From contig NW_021826057.1 of NCBI RefSeq assembly GCF_006345805.1, forward strand, positions 1 through 13,855: a stretch of 13,855 bases of DNA. Reading direction: 5' to 3'. The notes under the pieces were generated by a model that worked only from the letters and a program-made list of their open reading frames with translations, ran no database searches and was not told the DNA's origin. The stretch comes from Octopus sinensis. Its lineage: Eukaryota. Of the stretch, positions 1 to 9,110 are shown piece after piece. Every line of letters starts with the position of its first letter. The first letter of the stretch is position 1. A program made the translations under genes and the position numbers.

Positions 1-76
1 ATAAAAGAATCAAAGAATACTAGAATTAAAGTGTGCCTTTAGAATGTTACATTCAAATATTATATTCCTCTTACAG

Positions 77-125
77 ACCAACATTATGTCCAACATTCAT
101 GAGCTCTATAAAGGATACATATGAG
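77..125 (+). other. Candidate 49-nt internal exon
   Basis: Acceptor ttcctcttacag ends at 76 and donor GAG|gtatgg begins at 126. One frame is open (PTLCPTFMSSIKDTYE). No homology recognised. Confidence 0.3.
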
Positions 126-285
126 GTATGGAGATAGGAAAAAACTTTAGTAGGAAACCTGTCCGTGCAAATACATTCGTGAAAGTACGGAGATTTGTAA
201 TGAACATTTAATAACACCCCTAAAATTTAAATAAAACTCATAAAAAATACACACTGAAAATATAACAAAACAACTGACTCTACAC

Positions 286-589
286 GCAAGCAAGGTGATT
301 GGCTGTGTAGTAAGAAGTTTGCATCCCAACAGCATGGTTCTGGGTTCAGTTCCACTCCAAAGCACCTTGAGCATGTATCTCTCAAAGCCATGTGAGTGGA
401 TTTGGTTGACAGAAAACGTAAAAAGACTATCGTATATATATATATATATATCTGTGTGTGTGTATGCGTGCATGCATGTGAGTGTGTGTGTGTTTGTCAC
501 CCACCACTACTTGACAACCAGTGTTGTGTTTACATCCCCTTAACCTAGTGATTCAGAAAAATAGACCAATAGAATAAGTACAAGGCTTT
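286..589 (+). mobile_element. tRNA-derived SINE, family A, 3' end truncated by a MITE
   Basis: A-box-like tggctgtgtagtaag, B-box-like ggttcagttcc, central (TA)n/(TG)n tract, then cttgacaaccagtgttgtgtttacatcccc...agaataagtac. Colinear with the copy at 11349-11973. Confidence 0.85.
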
Positions 590-799
590 AACCCTTTCAA
601 TATTAACCTGGCTCTGTAGTACAAATGTCTTGTTTTCAAAAGTTCTGAATTAAAATATTCTGCCAAACCTTGGTCACAATTTGTTCCTAACGCTAGCTTA
701 ATGATAAATAAGTTACTTTACTAAATTCTTTGTTACATTAAAAATTAATTGAAAGAAACATAGAGCATCTCAACAGAAATATGGTAACAAAGGGGTTAA
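588..799 (+). mobile_element. piggyBac-like MITE, copy 1
   Basis: TTAA(588-591)-CCCTTT...AAAGGGG-TTAA(796-799), ~205 bp and non-coding. TTAA target duplication with CCC/GGG termini is the piggyBac hallmark. Confidence 0.75.
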
Positions 800-800
800 G

Positions 801-1024
801 GTCACTCTTTTGATATCAACCCAGCTGAAACTGGCTCTGTAGTACAAAGATCTTGTTTACATAAGTTTTGAACTAAAATCTTCCACCAAACCTTAGTCAC
901 AATTTATGTTCCTAACACTAGCTTAATGATAACTAAGTCGTTTTGCTAAATTCTTTGTTATAGTTAAAATTAGTTGAAAGAAACACAGAGCATCTCAAAA
1001 CTAATAAGGTAACAAAAGGGTTAA
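801..1024 (+). mobile_element. piggyBac-like MITE, copy 2, tandem with copy 1
   Basis: Colinear with 588-799 (ctggctctgtagtacaaa...gtcacaattt...ctagcttaatgataa...gaaagaaac.agagcatctcaa). Ends AAAAGGG-TTAA(1021-1024); left end degenerate. Confidence 0.75.
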
Positions 1025-1126
1025 AGATATAAAGGGAGATAAGTGAATTTAAGGACTTAGGTAGAAAGTAAAATGGAAGAAGCTACAAACAGCATTCTGA
1101 AGGCACACTTTAATTCTAGTATTCTT

Positions 1127-1449
1127 TCATTCTTTTATTCTTTTACTTGTTTCAGTCACTTGACTGCGACCCCATGACTTATTCTTTGTAAGCCTAGTAT
1201 TACCGAACCGCTAAGTTACGGGGATGTAAACACACCGACATCGATTGTCAAGTGATGGTGGGGAGACAGACACGCACGCACACAGATATATATATATATA
1301 TATGGGCTTCTTTCAGTTTCTATCAACCAAATCCACTCACAAGGCTTTGGTTGCCTCAAGACAATAGCAGAAGACACTTGCCCAAGGTGCCACACAGTGG
1401 GACTGACCCTGGGACCATGTGGCTGATAAGCAAGCTACTTATTACACAG
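1127..1449 (-). mobile_element. tRNA-derived SINE, family A, with internal deletions
   Basis: Reverse complement of 11349-11973: cttttacttgtttcagtca...aaccgctaagttacgggga...ccaaatccactcacaaggctttgg...gacacttgcccaaggtgcca. Confidence 0.9.
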
Positions 1450-1756
1450 TATATGTAGAACAGAAACATTTATCCTACACAGTGTGTACAAACTCTGATT
1501 CAAGCAGAAAAACTAATGCAAAATATCAATACTGAGATTAAAAATATGCTCAAGAGTATCTAGGACTACATCATTCAATGTGCCTGTCTTATATAAGCTC
1601 ATTTCGTTACCTTGAATACTTGGTGCTTGCTGCTGACAAATTTGAGTAACTAAAACTACGTTGAGGTTTCCAAGTTCATTCTTTTCGATATATGCACTGA
1701 TAACCATATTTCACACTTAACACCCATAAGTTATTGAATGTTTGAGTTTCTTTCAG

Positions 1757-1809
1757 CATTAATTTAGATATGCAAGATGATGGTCAATTTGGAAACATGT
1801 GAAGATAAG
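1757..1809 (+). other. Candidate 53-nt exon (non-coding, or containing a start or stop)
   Basis: Acceptor tttgagtttctttcag ends at 1756 and donor AAG|gtaaat begins at 1810. All three frames contain a stop. Confidence 0.25.
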
Positions 1810-1956
1810 GTAAATGACAGAAATGAAAAGAAGGAAAGATTAGCCAGATGAATATTTGTACTCATGTAACAGAACGTGATGCTGTTATGCACAGCATTTA
1901 TAATATATGTTGTGTGTACACGTAATCTTTTACTCTCTTTCTTGTTCTCTGTGTCT

Positions 1957-2208
1957 ATGTACTTATGTATGTATACACACACACGCACACATACACATGT
2001 ATATACATATATACATATATGTATGTATGTGGATGTACATATGTATACATGCATATATATGTGTGTGTGTATGTATATATATATAGATAGATAGACAGAT
2101 AGATAGACATATATCTATATATACATACATGCACATAGATATACACACTTAAAGTTAACTTAAATATGTAAAAGCAACAAAATGTGTACATATAAATGTA
2201 TATGTATG

Positions 2209-2250
<42 letters not shown>

Positions 2251-2262
2251 ATATAATATATA

Positions 2263-2323
<61 letters not shown>

Positions 2324-2362
2324 CACATATATATATACATGCACACAAATATATAGATATAT
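1957..2362. repeat. Compound (TA)/(CA)/(TATG)/(GATA) microsatellite
   Basis: Directly visible; near-pure (TA)n at about 2212-2340. Confidence 0.95.
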
Positions 2363-2417
2363 TTCCTTTTTATTACTAGTTTCAGCTCAAGGGCTATGAC
2401 CATGGTGGGACACTGCC
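2363..2417 (-). mobile_element. Degenerate SINE 3'-end fragment, family A-like
   Basis: ctagtttcagctc...tatgaccatggtgggacactgcc resembles the reverse complement of ggtggtgctccagcatgacc...actgaaac at 11916-11953. Confidence 0.4.
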
Positions 2418-2439
2418 AACTCATGGAGCACCACTAACA

Positions 2440-2537
2440 TGTATACACATATATACACCACACACACATGCACACACACATACATATATACACACACATA
2501 CATACATATATATATATATGTATGTATGTATGTATGT

Positions 2538-2610
<73 letters not shown>

Positions 2611-2615
2611 CAGAT
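2440..2615. repeat. (CA)n-(TATG)n-(GATA)n microsatellite
   Basis: Directly visible; long perfect (GATA)n at about 2538-2609. Confidence 0.95.
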
Positions 2616-2850
2616 ATAATTGATAATATCAAAGGGTAATCAGAAATATTTGAAATTTCCATTACCAGTGGCCCGGCATGTAAAAATTTAGTCAATAGAC
2701 TATATTATTCATATAAATACAGTCTACATTTAAACACATAAGAGGCATCCACGATAGGACTACTTGCACGCTAGAGAGGACAGTTAAATTCCAAACCACT
2801 ATTAAGGATAAAATTTCGAAGGGATTGAAAAATAAATGGTAAATGTTTTT

Positions 2851-3074
2851 ATGCCAGTGTCAGGACAATGACACCCATGCTGGTGGTACGTAAAAACACA
2901 CTACACTCTCTGAGTGGTTGGCATTAGGAATGGCATCCAGCTGTAGAAACCATGCCAAATCAGATCAGAGCCTGGTGCAGCTCCCTAGCTTACCTGTTTT
3001 CAGTCAAACCATCCAACCTATGCCAGCATGGAAAACGGATGTTAAATGATGCTGATGATGATGATGATGATGAT
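2851..3074 (+). mobile_element. SINE 3' module with (GAT)n tail, family B
   Basis: ggttggcattaggaatggcatccagctgtagaaaccatgccaaatca...atgccagcatggaaaacggatgttaaa(tga)n. Homologous to the reverse complement of 9556-9740. Confidence 0.8.
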
Positions 3075-3194
3075 GAGCCAGAACCCAAAATACAGAATAT
3101 GGTGTGGAAACACAGAATTACCAGCATAAAAGAAATTCAAGACAACCTTTCATAGAAAAAGTGATGCTAACCATTTCTTGGGATGCAAAAGGAA

Positions 3195-3300
3195 CTTATT
3201 TTTGCCAGCTGAGAGAACTGGAGTAATGTGAAATAAAGTGTCTTGCTCAAGGACACAACACGTCACTGAGAATTGAACTGACAACCTCACTGACCGTGAA
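3195..3300 (-). mobile_element. tRNA/CORE-like SINE head fragment, family D, nested in the mariner
   Basis: actggagtaatgtgaaataaagtgtcttgctcaaggacacaac...gaattgaact closely matches 7505-7576. Confidence 0.8.
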
Positions 3301-3354
3301 TGTTTAATTCCCCACAGTGACTGTTAGTTTCATTTCGGGATAGAATCTTCAAAT

Positions 3355-3462
3355 GGTTTCAAATTCCGTCGAGGTAGATTTTTCTTTTTAACATTTGGGA
3401 GTCAATAATTATCAGTCAACCTGGCCCTTAAAATTTTTGGCCTTCAACTAGAATTTGAAGCC
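3355..3462 (+). mobile_element. Degenerate family C SINE fragment nested in the mariner
   Basis: ttcaaattccgtcgaggtagattt...aaatttttggcctt...aatttgaa resembles 9188-9215 and 11009-11040. Confidence 0.55.
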
Positions 3463-4006
3463 CTTTATTTTTGCTACCTATGCTGAAGCATTATCTAGAA
3501 AAGGGGTCAACAGTTACTAGCGTAGGCTCCAGGGAAATGCTGACCAACAAACTGAAACCAGGAAATTGCCTCAAATGCCAATGTCTATTGTCAAAACAAA
3601 ATGTGGCATTGTGCTTTGATAATAGACCATGCCATTAAAACCTTTTAAAAATTGGGTGTCATGTTGCTGGAACACCCTACATACAGTCTAGATCTTGGAC
3701 TTTCTGACTACCACTCCTTTGAACAACTATAAACATCCTTTACAAGTTGGTCAGTTTGCTACAGATGAAGACGTGCAAGAAGTGGTGCATAAATGGCTGT
3801 GCAACCAGCTGTAAACCTTCATCTCAAATGAAATAAGCAAGTTTGTGGAGTGCTGGAAGATATGCATAAAAATAAAAAAAGGGTCTATTTTGAAAAAAAA
3901 TGATGTAATTGTTCAACCCCTGCTTCTGTTTTAACAAATTACAGAAACAAGAAAGCATATAATTTTTGACTTACCCTCGTATATATACATACATATATAT
4001 ATATAT

Positions 4007-4095
4007 AAAGCATATTATAAATAAAACATATTACTCCACCTCTGGGATTTGAGTACTCTTTTTTCCACCTTGTTTCATATTTATGTGCTTACTCT

Positions 4096-4097
<2 letters not shown>
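4007..4097. mobile_element. Short repeat-like insert flanked by (TA)n tracts
   Basis: About 90 nt of complex sequence between TA runs, the same context as 11533-11727 and 13119-13326. No internal diagnostic motif seen. Confidence 0.35.
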
Positions 4098-4136
<39 letters not shown>

Positions 4137-4157
4137 CAGAGAGAGAGAGAGAGCGAG
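4098..4157. repeat. (TA)n-(GA)n microsatellite
   Basis: Directly visible. Confidence 0.95.
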
Positions 4158-4527
4158 AGTAATAAGAAAATGGAAGGGATCAATAGGTGGTTCATCAACT
4201 TTTAGACATTATATTATGTCAACTTATTTATTCATTTACTAAAATGACAATTACAAGAATATACATACATGTATAACATATTATGCATAGCATATGCTTA
4301 ACACATAAAATATATTAATATATAAAGATACCAGTAATTATTAAAATATAATATACAGGAATATCTTTATATATTAATATATTTTATATCTTATATGTAA
4401 AGCATATGTTATACATGTATGTATATTCTTGTAATTGTCAGTTTAGTAAATAAATAAATAAGTTAACATAATATAATGTCTAAAAGTTGATAAACCACCT
4501 ATTGATCCCCTCCATTTTCTTACTGCT
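4158..4527. repeat. ~370-nt foldback palindrome (arms about 4158-4330 and 4362-4527, ~31-nt loop)
   Basis: taagaaaatgga.gggatcaataggtggtt.atcaacttttagacattatattatgt...tgacaattacaagaatatacatacatgtataacatat is mirrored almost exactly as a reverse complement at 4404-4522. Confidence 0.95.
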
Positions 4528-4860
4528 ATGTAAATTAATGGTAAAATATCTCTTTACCTTCACCCATTTAGTACACTCAGTAATGTAATTGCAATGCAAT
4601 AAAAAACACTTGTGTATTAATAATTGGGTATTCTACCAGCAGTATATTGGATAGATATTATCCCTTAGTTGGTTGGATTCACAGCCTCTAACTTTCTTGG
4701 AATTAAAAAATATATATATATATATATATATATAAAGCCAAGTGGCAGTTGTTAGAGCCCAAGATAAAATTTATTGATTGTAAATTATTATGTTTAAATT
4801 GAACGGTGAGAATAGGAGTACACACATGTAATCTATAGAGTCCAAACAAAATTTTAATAT

Positions 4861-4931
4861 GGGCATATGGCATAGTGGTTAAGAGCGCGGGCTACTAACC
4901 CCAAGATTCCAAGTTCAATTCCAGGCAGTGA

Positions 4932-4969
<38 letters not shown>

Positions 4970-5112
4970 TCGAAAAATACTTTAGGAATGAGAACCCAGG
5001 TTCGAAATTTCCCCAAGAAACCTGAAGAAGGCTGGAGGGGATATCAGCTGAAACATTGTGTTAACAACAAACAAGATGAGGACAAATATCCGTTAAATGT
5101 AAATAATGTAAA
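4861..5112 (+). mobile_element. tRNA-derived SINE, family E, with (AAT)n spacer and hammerhead-like 3' region
   Basis: A box TGGCATAGTGG, anticodon-like arm ggg-ctactaa-ccc, B box GTTCAATTCC, (AAT)n at 4938-4966. Candidate TSD aaaattttaat (4848-4858) / aaaatcttaat (5110-5120). Confidence 0.8.
5017..5062 (+). ncRNA. Degenerate minimal type-I hammerhead ribozyme motif
   Basis: gaaac-CUGAAGA-A-GGCUG(loop)CAGCU-GAAAC-AUU-guguu. The core boxes are intact, but stems I and III carry mismatches. Confidence 0.55.
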
Positions 5113-5441
5113 ATCTTAATTCATCTAAATATGAGCAAATTTTCCAGAGAGGCCAGAAGAAGACAAGGCAAATTTTCTTATGATGAAAAATAATCAGCAA
5201 ACAAGGTAAATTATTAGACGATGGTGTTATTTATCGAAAGATATAAATAATAGACAAGCATGAAATCTAAAAAATAATAATAAAATCTTAATTCATATGT
5301 TAAATTTTGTAGAGAGTGCTCAATAAAAGATTTAAGATAAATTAAATAATTCAGAGCAATTTGTGTGTCTGCATGAGAAAATTGGAACAGAATAGAAGAT
5401 TCTGGAACATGAATAATTACAAAATAGATATGCACCATTTA

Positions 5442-5604
5442 GACACACATATACACATATATGTATACACATATGTACACATACACACACACATATATAT
5501 TCATAAATATTCATGCATATAATATAAACATGTGCATATGTATACATTCTGTATATACATACATATACATGCATATGTATACACACACACACACACACAC
5601 ACAT
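5442..5604. repeat. Degenerate (CA)/(TA) microsatellite
   Basis: Directly visible. Confidence 0.9.
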
Positions 5605-6044
5605 TACTTTCCAGCCTGCTGCTTTATGATATTGATTGCAATAAATTTACCTTGAATGAAAAATATCACTTTGAATGAATAAATAAATAAATAGAAATAG
5701 ACACAAAAACATGAAAATCAACATCAACAAGCAAAAAAAAATAATAATGATAATGCTCAGAACAAATAAAAATTATCTTTAATGAAATGAAAATAAAAAC
5801 TATTATTAAAGTAGTAAAAAATTTTTTTTGTTAAATTATTTAAAATTTTTGGGGGTAAAAAAAAAACAGCTAAAATATTCATTGACATCTTTTTAATTTT
5901 TTCTTAATTTTTTTTCTTTACATTTGTCTTCTGTTTTCTTTTTTTCCTTTTTCTTTCCAAATTCCAAAAACATATTGTTTATATTTTCAATACATGATGC
6001 ATAGATGAAGAACGGAAGTCGATCGATCGATTTGTTTCAATTAC

Positions 6045-6080
6045 CTAACCCAACTGAAGCATAACCAATGGTACTTGCAA
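6045..6080 (-). other. Candidate 36-nt exon, or the 3' end of a longer first exon
   Basis: On the minus strand: tctttgtgtctag|TTGCAAGTACCATTGGTTATGCTTCAGTTGGGTTAG|gtaatt. The phase 1-1 reading is xASTIGYASVGL. Confidence 0.3.
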
Positions 6081-6093
6081 CTAGACACAAAGA

Positions 6094-6500
6094 TATTATG
6101 ATTATTATTATTATCATTATTATTATTATCATTATTATTATAATGATTATTATTATCATTATTATGATTATTATTATTATTATAATTATTGTTGTTGTTG
6201 TTATTATTACTACTACTACCACTACTGTTAATATTATTAAAAGGAATTATTTCTGTTGTTGTTGTTGGTGGTGGTGGTGGTGGTAGTGGTAGTGTTGTTG
6301 TTGCTGTTGTTGTTGTTGTTGGTGGTGGTGGTGCTGATGTTGCTGCTAAGGGTAGAGATTGTGGAAGTTATGGTGGAGACCATGGTGGTATTATTTCAGA
6401 ACTGCTAATATTATCATCATCATCATCATCATCACCATAATCATCATTATCATCATCAGTAGTAGTAGTAATAGTAGTAGCAGTGCCAGTAGCAGCAGCT
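6094..6500. repeat. Compound trinucleotide array (ATT, GTT, ACT, GGT, CAT, AGT, AGC)
   Basis: Directly visible. Confidence 0.95.
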
Positions 6501-6864
6501 GTAGCAATTTTTATTATTGATTTTGTATGTTTGTATTTTTAAAGGGTTTTTTTTTGTTTTTTTTAGAGGCCAATCTATTCTGAGAGTTGTTATAATAGAG
6601 GTTTGATGAACAGAAAGCAATTGCGCAAAGTTAACGATCACTCAAGTGTATCGTTATCATTCAGTGTGAAATAACCCAACAGTGAACCTCAATGGGTATT
6701 TTTGAAGACAAGGTACAGATATATAAACAAGAGGTATTTGGTGTAGCAAATGAATGGAATTACTTGGTGAGAGCTTGTGTGATGGAGAGGATTTTTAAAA
6801 GAGGGAGGGTCACGTTGGAGAGGATTTGTTTTATTTTTGTGCTTTTGTTTATTCTTTTGCGGTT

Positions 6865-6865
<1 letters not shown>

Positions 6866-6901
<36 letters not shown>
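6866..6901. repeat. Poly(T) tract
   Basis: About 36 consecutive T. Confidence 0.95.
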
Positions 6902-6903
<2 letters not shown>

Positions 6904-7136
6904 TGTTCTGGCAAGTGTCTTGATCTGAAATTTTGTATTGAAGCTGAAGCAATTACATGGGAAGTCCATTCTTGTCATCTAAAGCTCAGAAAAACTGTCA
7001 AGTTAACATTTTATTTATTTCTTGATGTTGTAACTGTGATTGTAATTTGGGCTTTGAGTACTCAACTAATAAAATGTAATTTACTAGATTCCAGCAAAGA
7101 AGAAAAATGTGTAACTTATTTTATTTGGATGAAATA

Positions 7137-7616
7137 AAAGGGTAAAGACACCCTTCGGTCATGAATGACCATGGGATTGCACATCAAAAGTTACCCTCCA
7201 AAGCACAGGTCTGGGCAAGGTTGTTTATGGAGGACCAGCAGTTGGCCATTGCATTCCAGTCTTCCTTTTCCATGCCATTATATGTATATAGGGTAAAGGG
7301 TAAAGAAACCCTTCAGTCATGAATGACCATGGAATTGCATCTAGAATGTTCCCTTCCAAGGCACAAGTCCGGGCAAGGTTGTTTATGGAAGACCAGCAGT
7401 CGCCCATGCATACCAGCATCCCTTCTCCATGCCACCAATGCTATTCAAGGGGCCAATACAGCTTGGCACCAGTGACATCACAACTCATTTCTACACTGAG
7501 TGGACTGGAGCAACGTGAAATAAAGTGTCTTGCTCAAGAACACAATACACAACTCGGTCTGTCTGGGAATTGAACTCATTACCTCATGATTGTGAGCCTG
7601 ACACAACACACAGCCT
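7137..7616 (-). mobile_element. tRNA/CORE-like SINE, family D, with a tandemly duplicated 3' segment (period 158)
   Basis: The minus strand reads B-box gagttcaattccc then gtgttcttgagcaagacacttt (MIR-CORE-like). aaagggtaaaga.acccttc.gtcatgaatgaccatgg.attgca occurs at 7137 and 7295. Confidence 0.85.
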
Positions 7617-8147
7617 GGTCCCAATCCACAAGAAAACAAAACTGTCCATTAGACAAAAAAAAAACAAGCAAGAAAGTAGATGTGGAAGTGACACTGATTT
7701 CCAGGGATGCAATATGTTGTACACCACATCCACATGCTAAAAAGCCAATGGTCATCTTATCCCTAACACTTGAAGTATTAGAATTTTTGTTGCACACCAC
7801 CCCCAATTAGCCAACAATACGACCCCGCCCCAGCAAATCTTTATTTTTTGTTTTTATTTGTTATTCTTAAATCATCACAGCAAGAAATCTATTGAATTAT
7901 GTATTACTTGCATTCATTGTAATTCTGCTATGTTAAGACCATAGGTAGAATATGGAAGGTGGATGCTTTCAGATATTCTTTTTCATATTGTTAGATCAGT
8001 GATATATTATAAGAAACTAAGAAGTGAGTCCAGTTTTGTGTTGCAGCAGTGAAATAGTGCCTTGTTCAATACATTAACTACTAACTCAATGAAGGTCTTT
8101 AGAGAAATTTTTAATGCTGCATACGTTCACAGCAGACCACTTTTTCA

Positions 8148-8734
8148 GTTCTTCTCTTAGCTTTTCTGTCTCTCTTTTACCTTTCCTGGCCCCTCTTAAA
8201 TTTTCTGTCCCCCTTAGCTTTTCTGTCCCTTTGATAGCTTTTCTGTCCCCCTACCTTCCCAGTCCTTCTCTTAAGTTTTCTTTCCCTCCTTTACCTTTTC
8301 TTTCCCTCTCTGAACTTTTCTGTGCCCCTTAGCTTTTCTGTCCCTTCCATAGCTGTTCTGTCCCCTATATTCTGAGTCTCTTTCTTAACTTTCCCATCCC
8401 TCTATTAGTTTTTCTGCCCCTCTCTTAACCTTTCTGTCCCTTTCATAGTTTTTTCTATCCCCTACCTTCCTAATCCCTCTCTTAGCTTTTCCGTCCCTCT
8501 CTTAACTTTTCTGTTCTGCTCTTAACTTTTCTGTTCCCTACATTCCCAATCCATCTCTTAATTTTTCCATCCCTCTATTAGTTTTTCCGCCCCTCTCTTT
8601 ACTTTTCTATCCCTCTCATAGTTTTTTCTGTCTCCTACCTTCCCAATCCCTCTCTTAACTTTTCTATTCCAATCTTAGCTTTTCTGTCCCCTACCTTCTC
8701 AATCCTTCTCTTAACTTTTCTGTTCCTCTCTTAG
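8148..8734. repeat. CT-rich degenerate minisatellite
   Basis: More than 20 reiterations of ctta(g/a)cttttctgtccc(t/c), with a recurring longer variant ctaccttcccaatccctct. Confidence 0.9.
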
Positions 8735-9110
8735 CAGTGCTTCTTTGAAATACTCAAATATCCAAGAGTCTCTCCCTGCACTGCTGTGTAGAAAGGCATT
8801 AAATATGATCACTCATCAAATTGGGTATTCAGGAGTTCAGACATCAAGAACACAGAAGCTGCTTTCCTTATTTTCGTTTGCTTTTCAGAATATTAAATTA
8901 TTTTCACAACCACTAAGGAAGCACAAAGAAAATGAATGCATTCCTGTTAACAATAAATCATCAAAACAACTATTAATTTTTTTTTGATTTTTATACTTTT
9001 GACACCTATTTTTTCTTGTATTTTCATAGCTTTATGGATATAATTGTAACCCAACCCATCTAAACCCATTCTCCTGTCCCTCTTTGATCCTTCAATATTT
9101 CCAAACCACA

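Larger units (their letters stand above)
1..1138. repeat. Long-range inverted repeat: arm 1-46 pairs with arm 1093-1138
   Basis: The reverse complement of 1-46 matches 1093-1138 at 44/46 positions (cattct[a/g]aaggcacactttaattctagtattcttt[g/c]attcttttat). The left arm may continue beyond the window start. Confidence 0.9.
3075..3981 (+). pseudogene. Fossil mariner (Tc1/mariner) transposase, C-terminal half plus right TIR, interrupted at about 3195-3476
   Basis: Manual translation across frameshifts gives EPEPKIQNMVWKH, KKFK, KVMLTISWDAKG, LKHYLEKGSTVTS..EMLTNKLKP..LLSK..FDNRP, LLEHPTYSLDLGLSDYHSF (the mariner HPPYSPDLAPSDY motif) and FATDEDVQEVVHKWL..KFVECWKICI. Ends in ataatttttgacttaccctcg-TA (3959-3981). 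Contains multiple stops and frameshifts. Confidence 0.92.

Noticed and set aside
1513-1707. 64-aa minus-strand ORF with a possible exon at 1611-1696 (donor AAG|gtaacg)
   Set aside because: The acceptor lacks a polypyrimidine tract and the peptide is unrecognised, so support is insufficient, though it is not excluded.
1764-2695. Many ORFs rich in Y/I/H/T/C/V
   Set aside because: They are translations of TA/CA/GATA microsatellites. The same applies to 5332-5655 and 13223-13678.
2952-3155. 67-aa ORF with poly-D
   Set aside because: It is a chance fusion of a SINE (GAT)n tail with the start of the mariner remnant.
4861-4935. Possible tRNA gene
   Set aside because: The acceptor and T stems pair poorly and it runs into a SINE body, so it is treated as a SINE head.
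6068-6641. Poly-I/L/V/G/S ORFs
   Set aside because: They are stop-free frames of trinucleotide repeats with no domain content.
6689-7137. Poly-K and poly-F ORFs
   Set aside because: They are driven by the poly(T) tract and have no recognisable homology.
8148-8734. CRISPR-like repeat array
   Set aside because: The units are degenerate and contiguous, without unique spacers. The context is eukaryotic and there are no cas genes.
8745-8987. 80-aa ORF with a TTG start
   Set aside because: It has a non-ATG start, no recognisable motif, and spans an apparent splice-acceptor tract.
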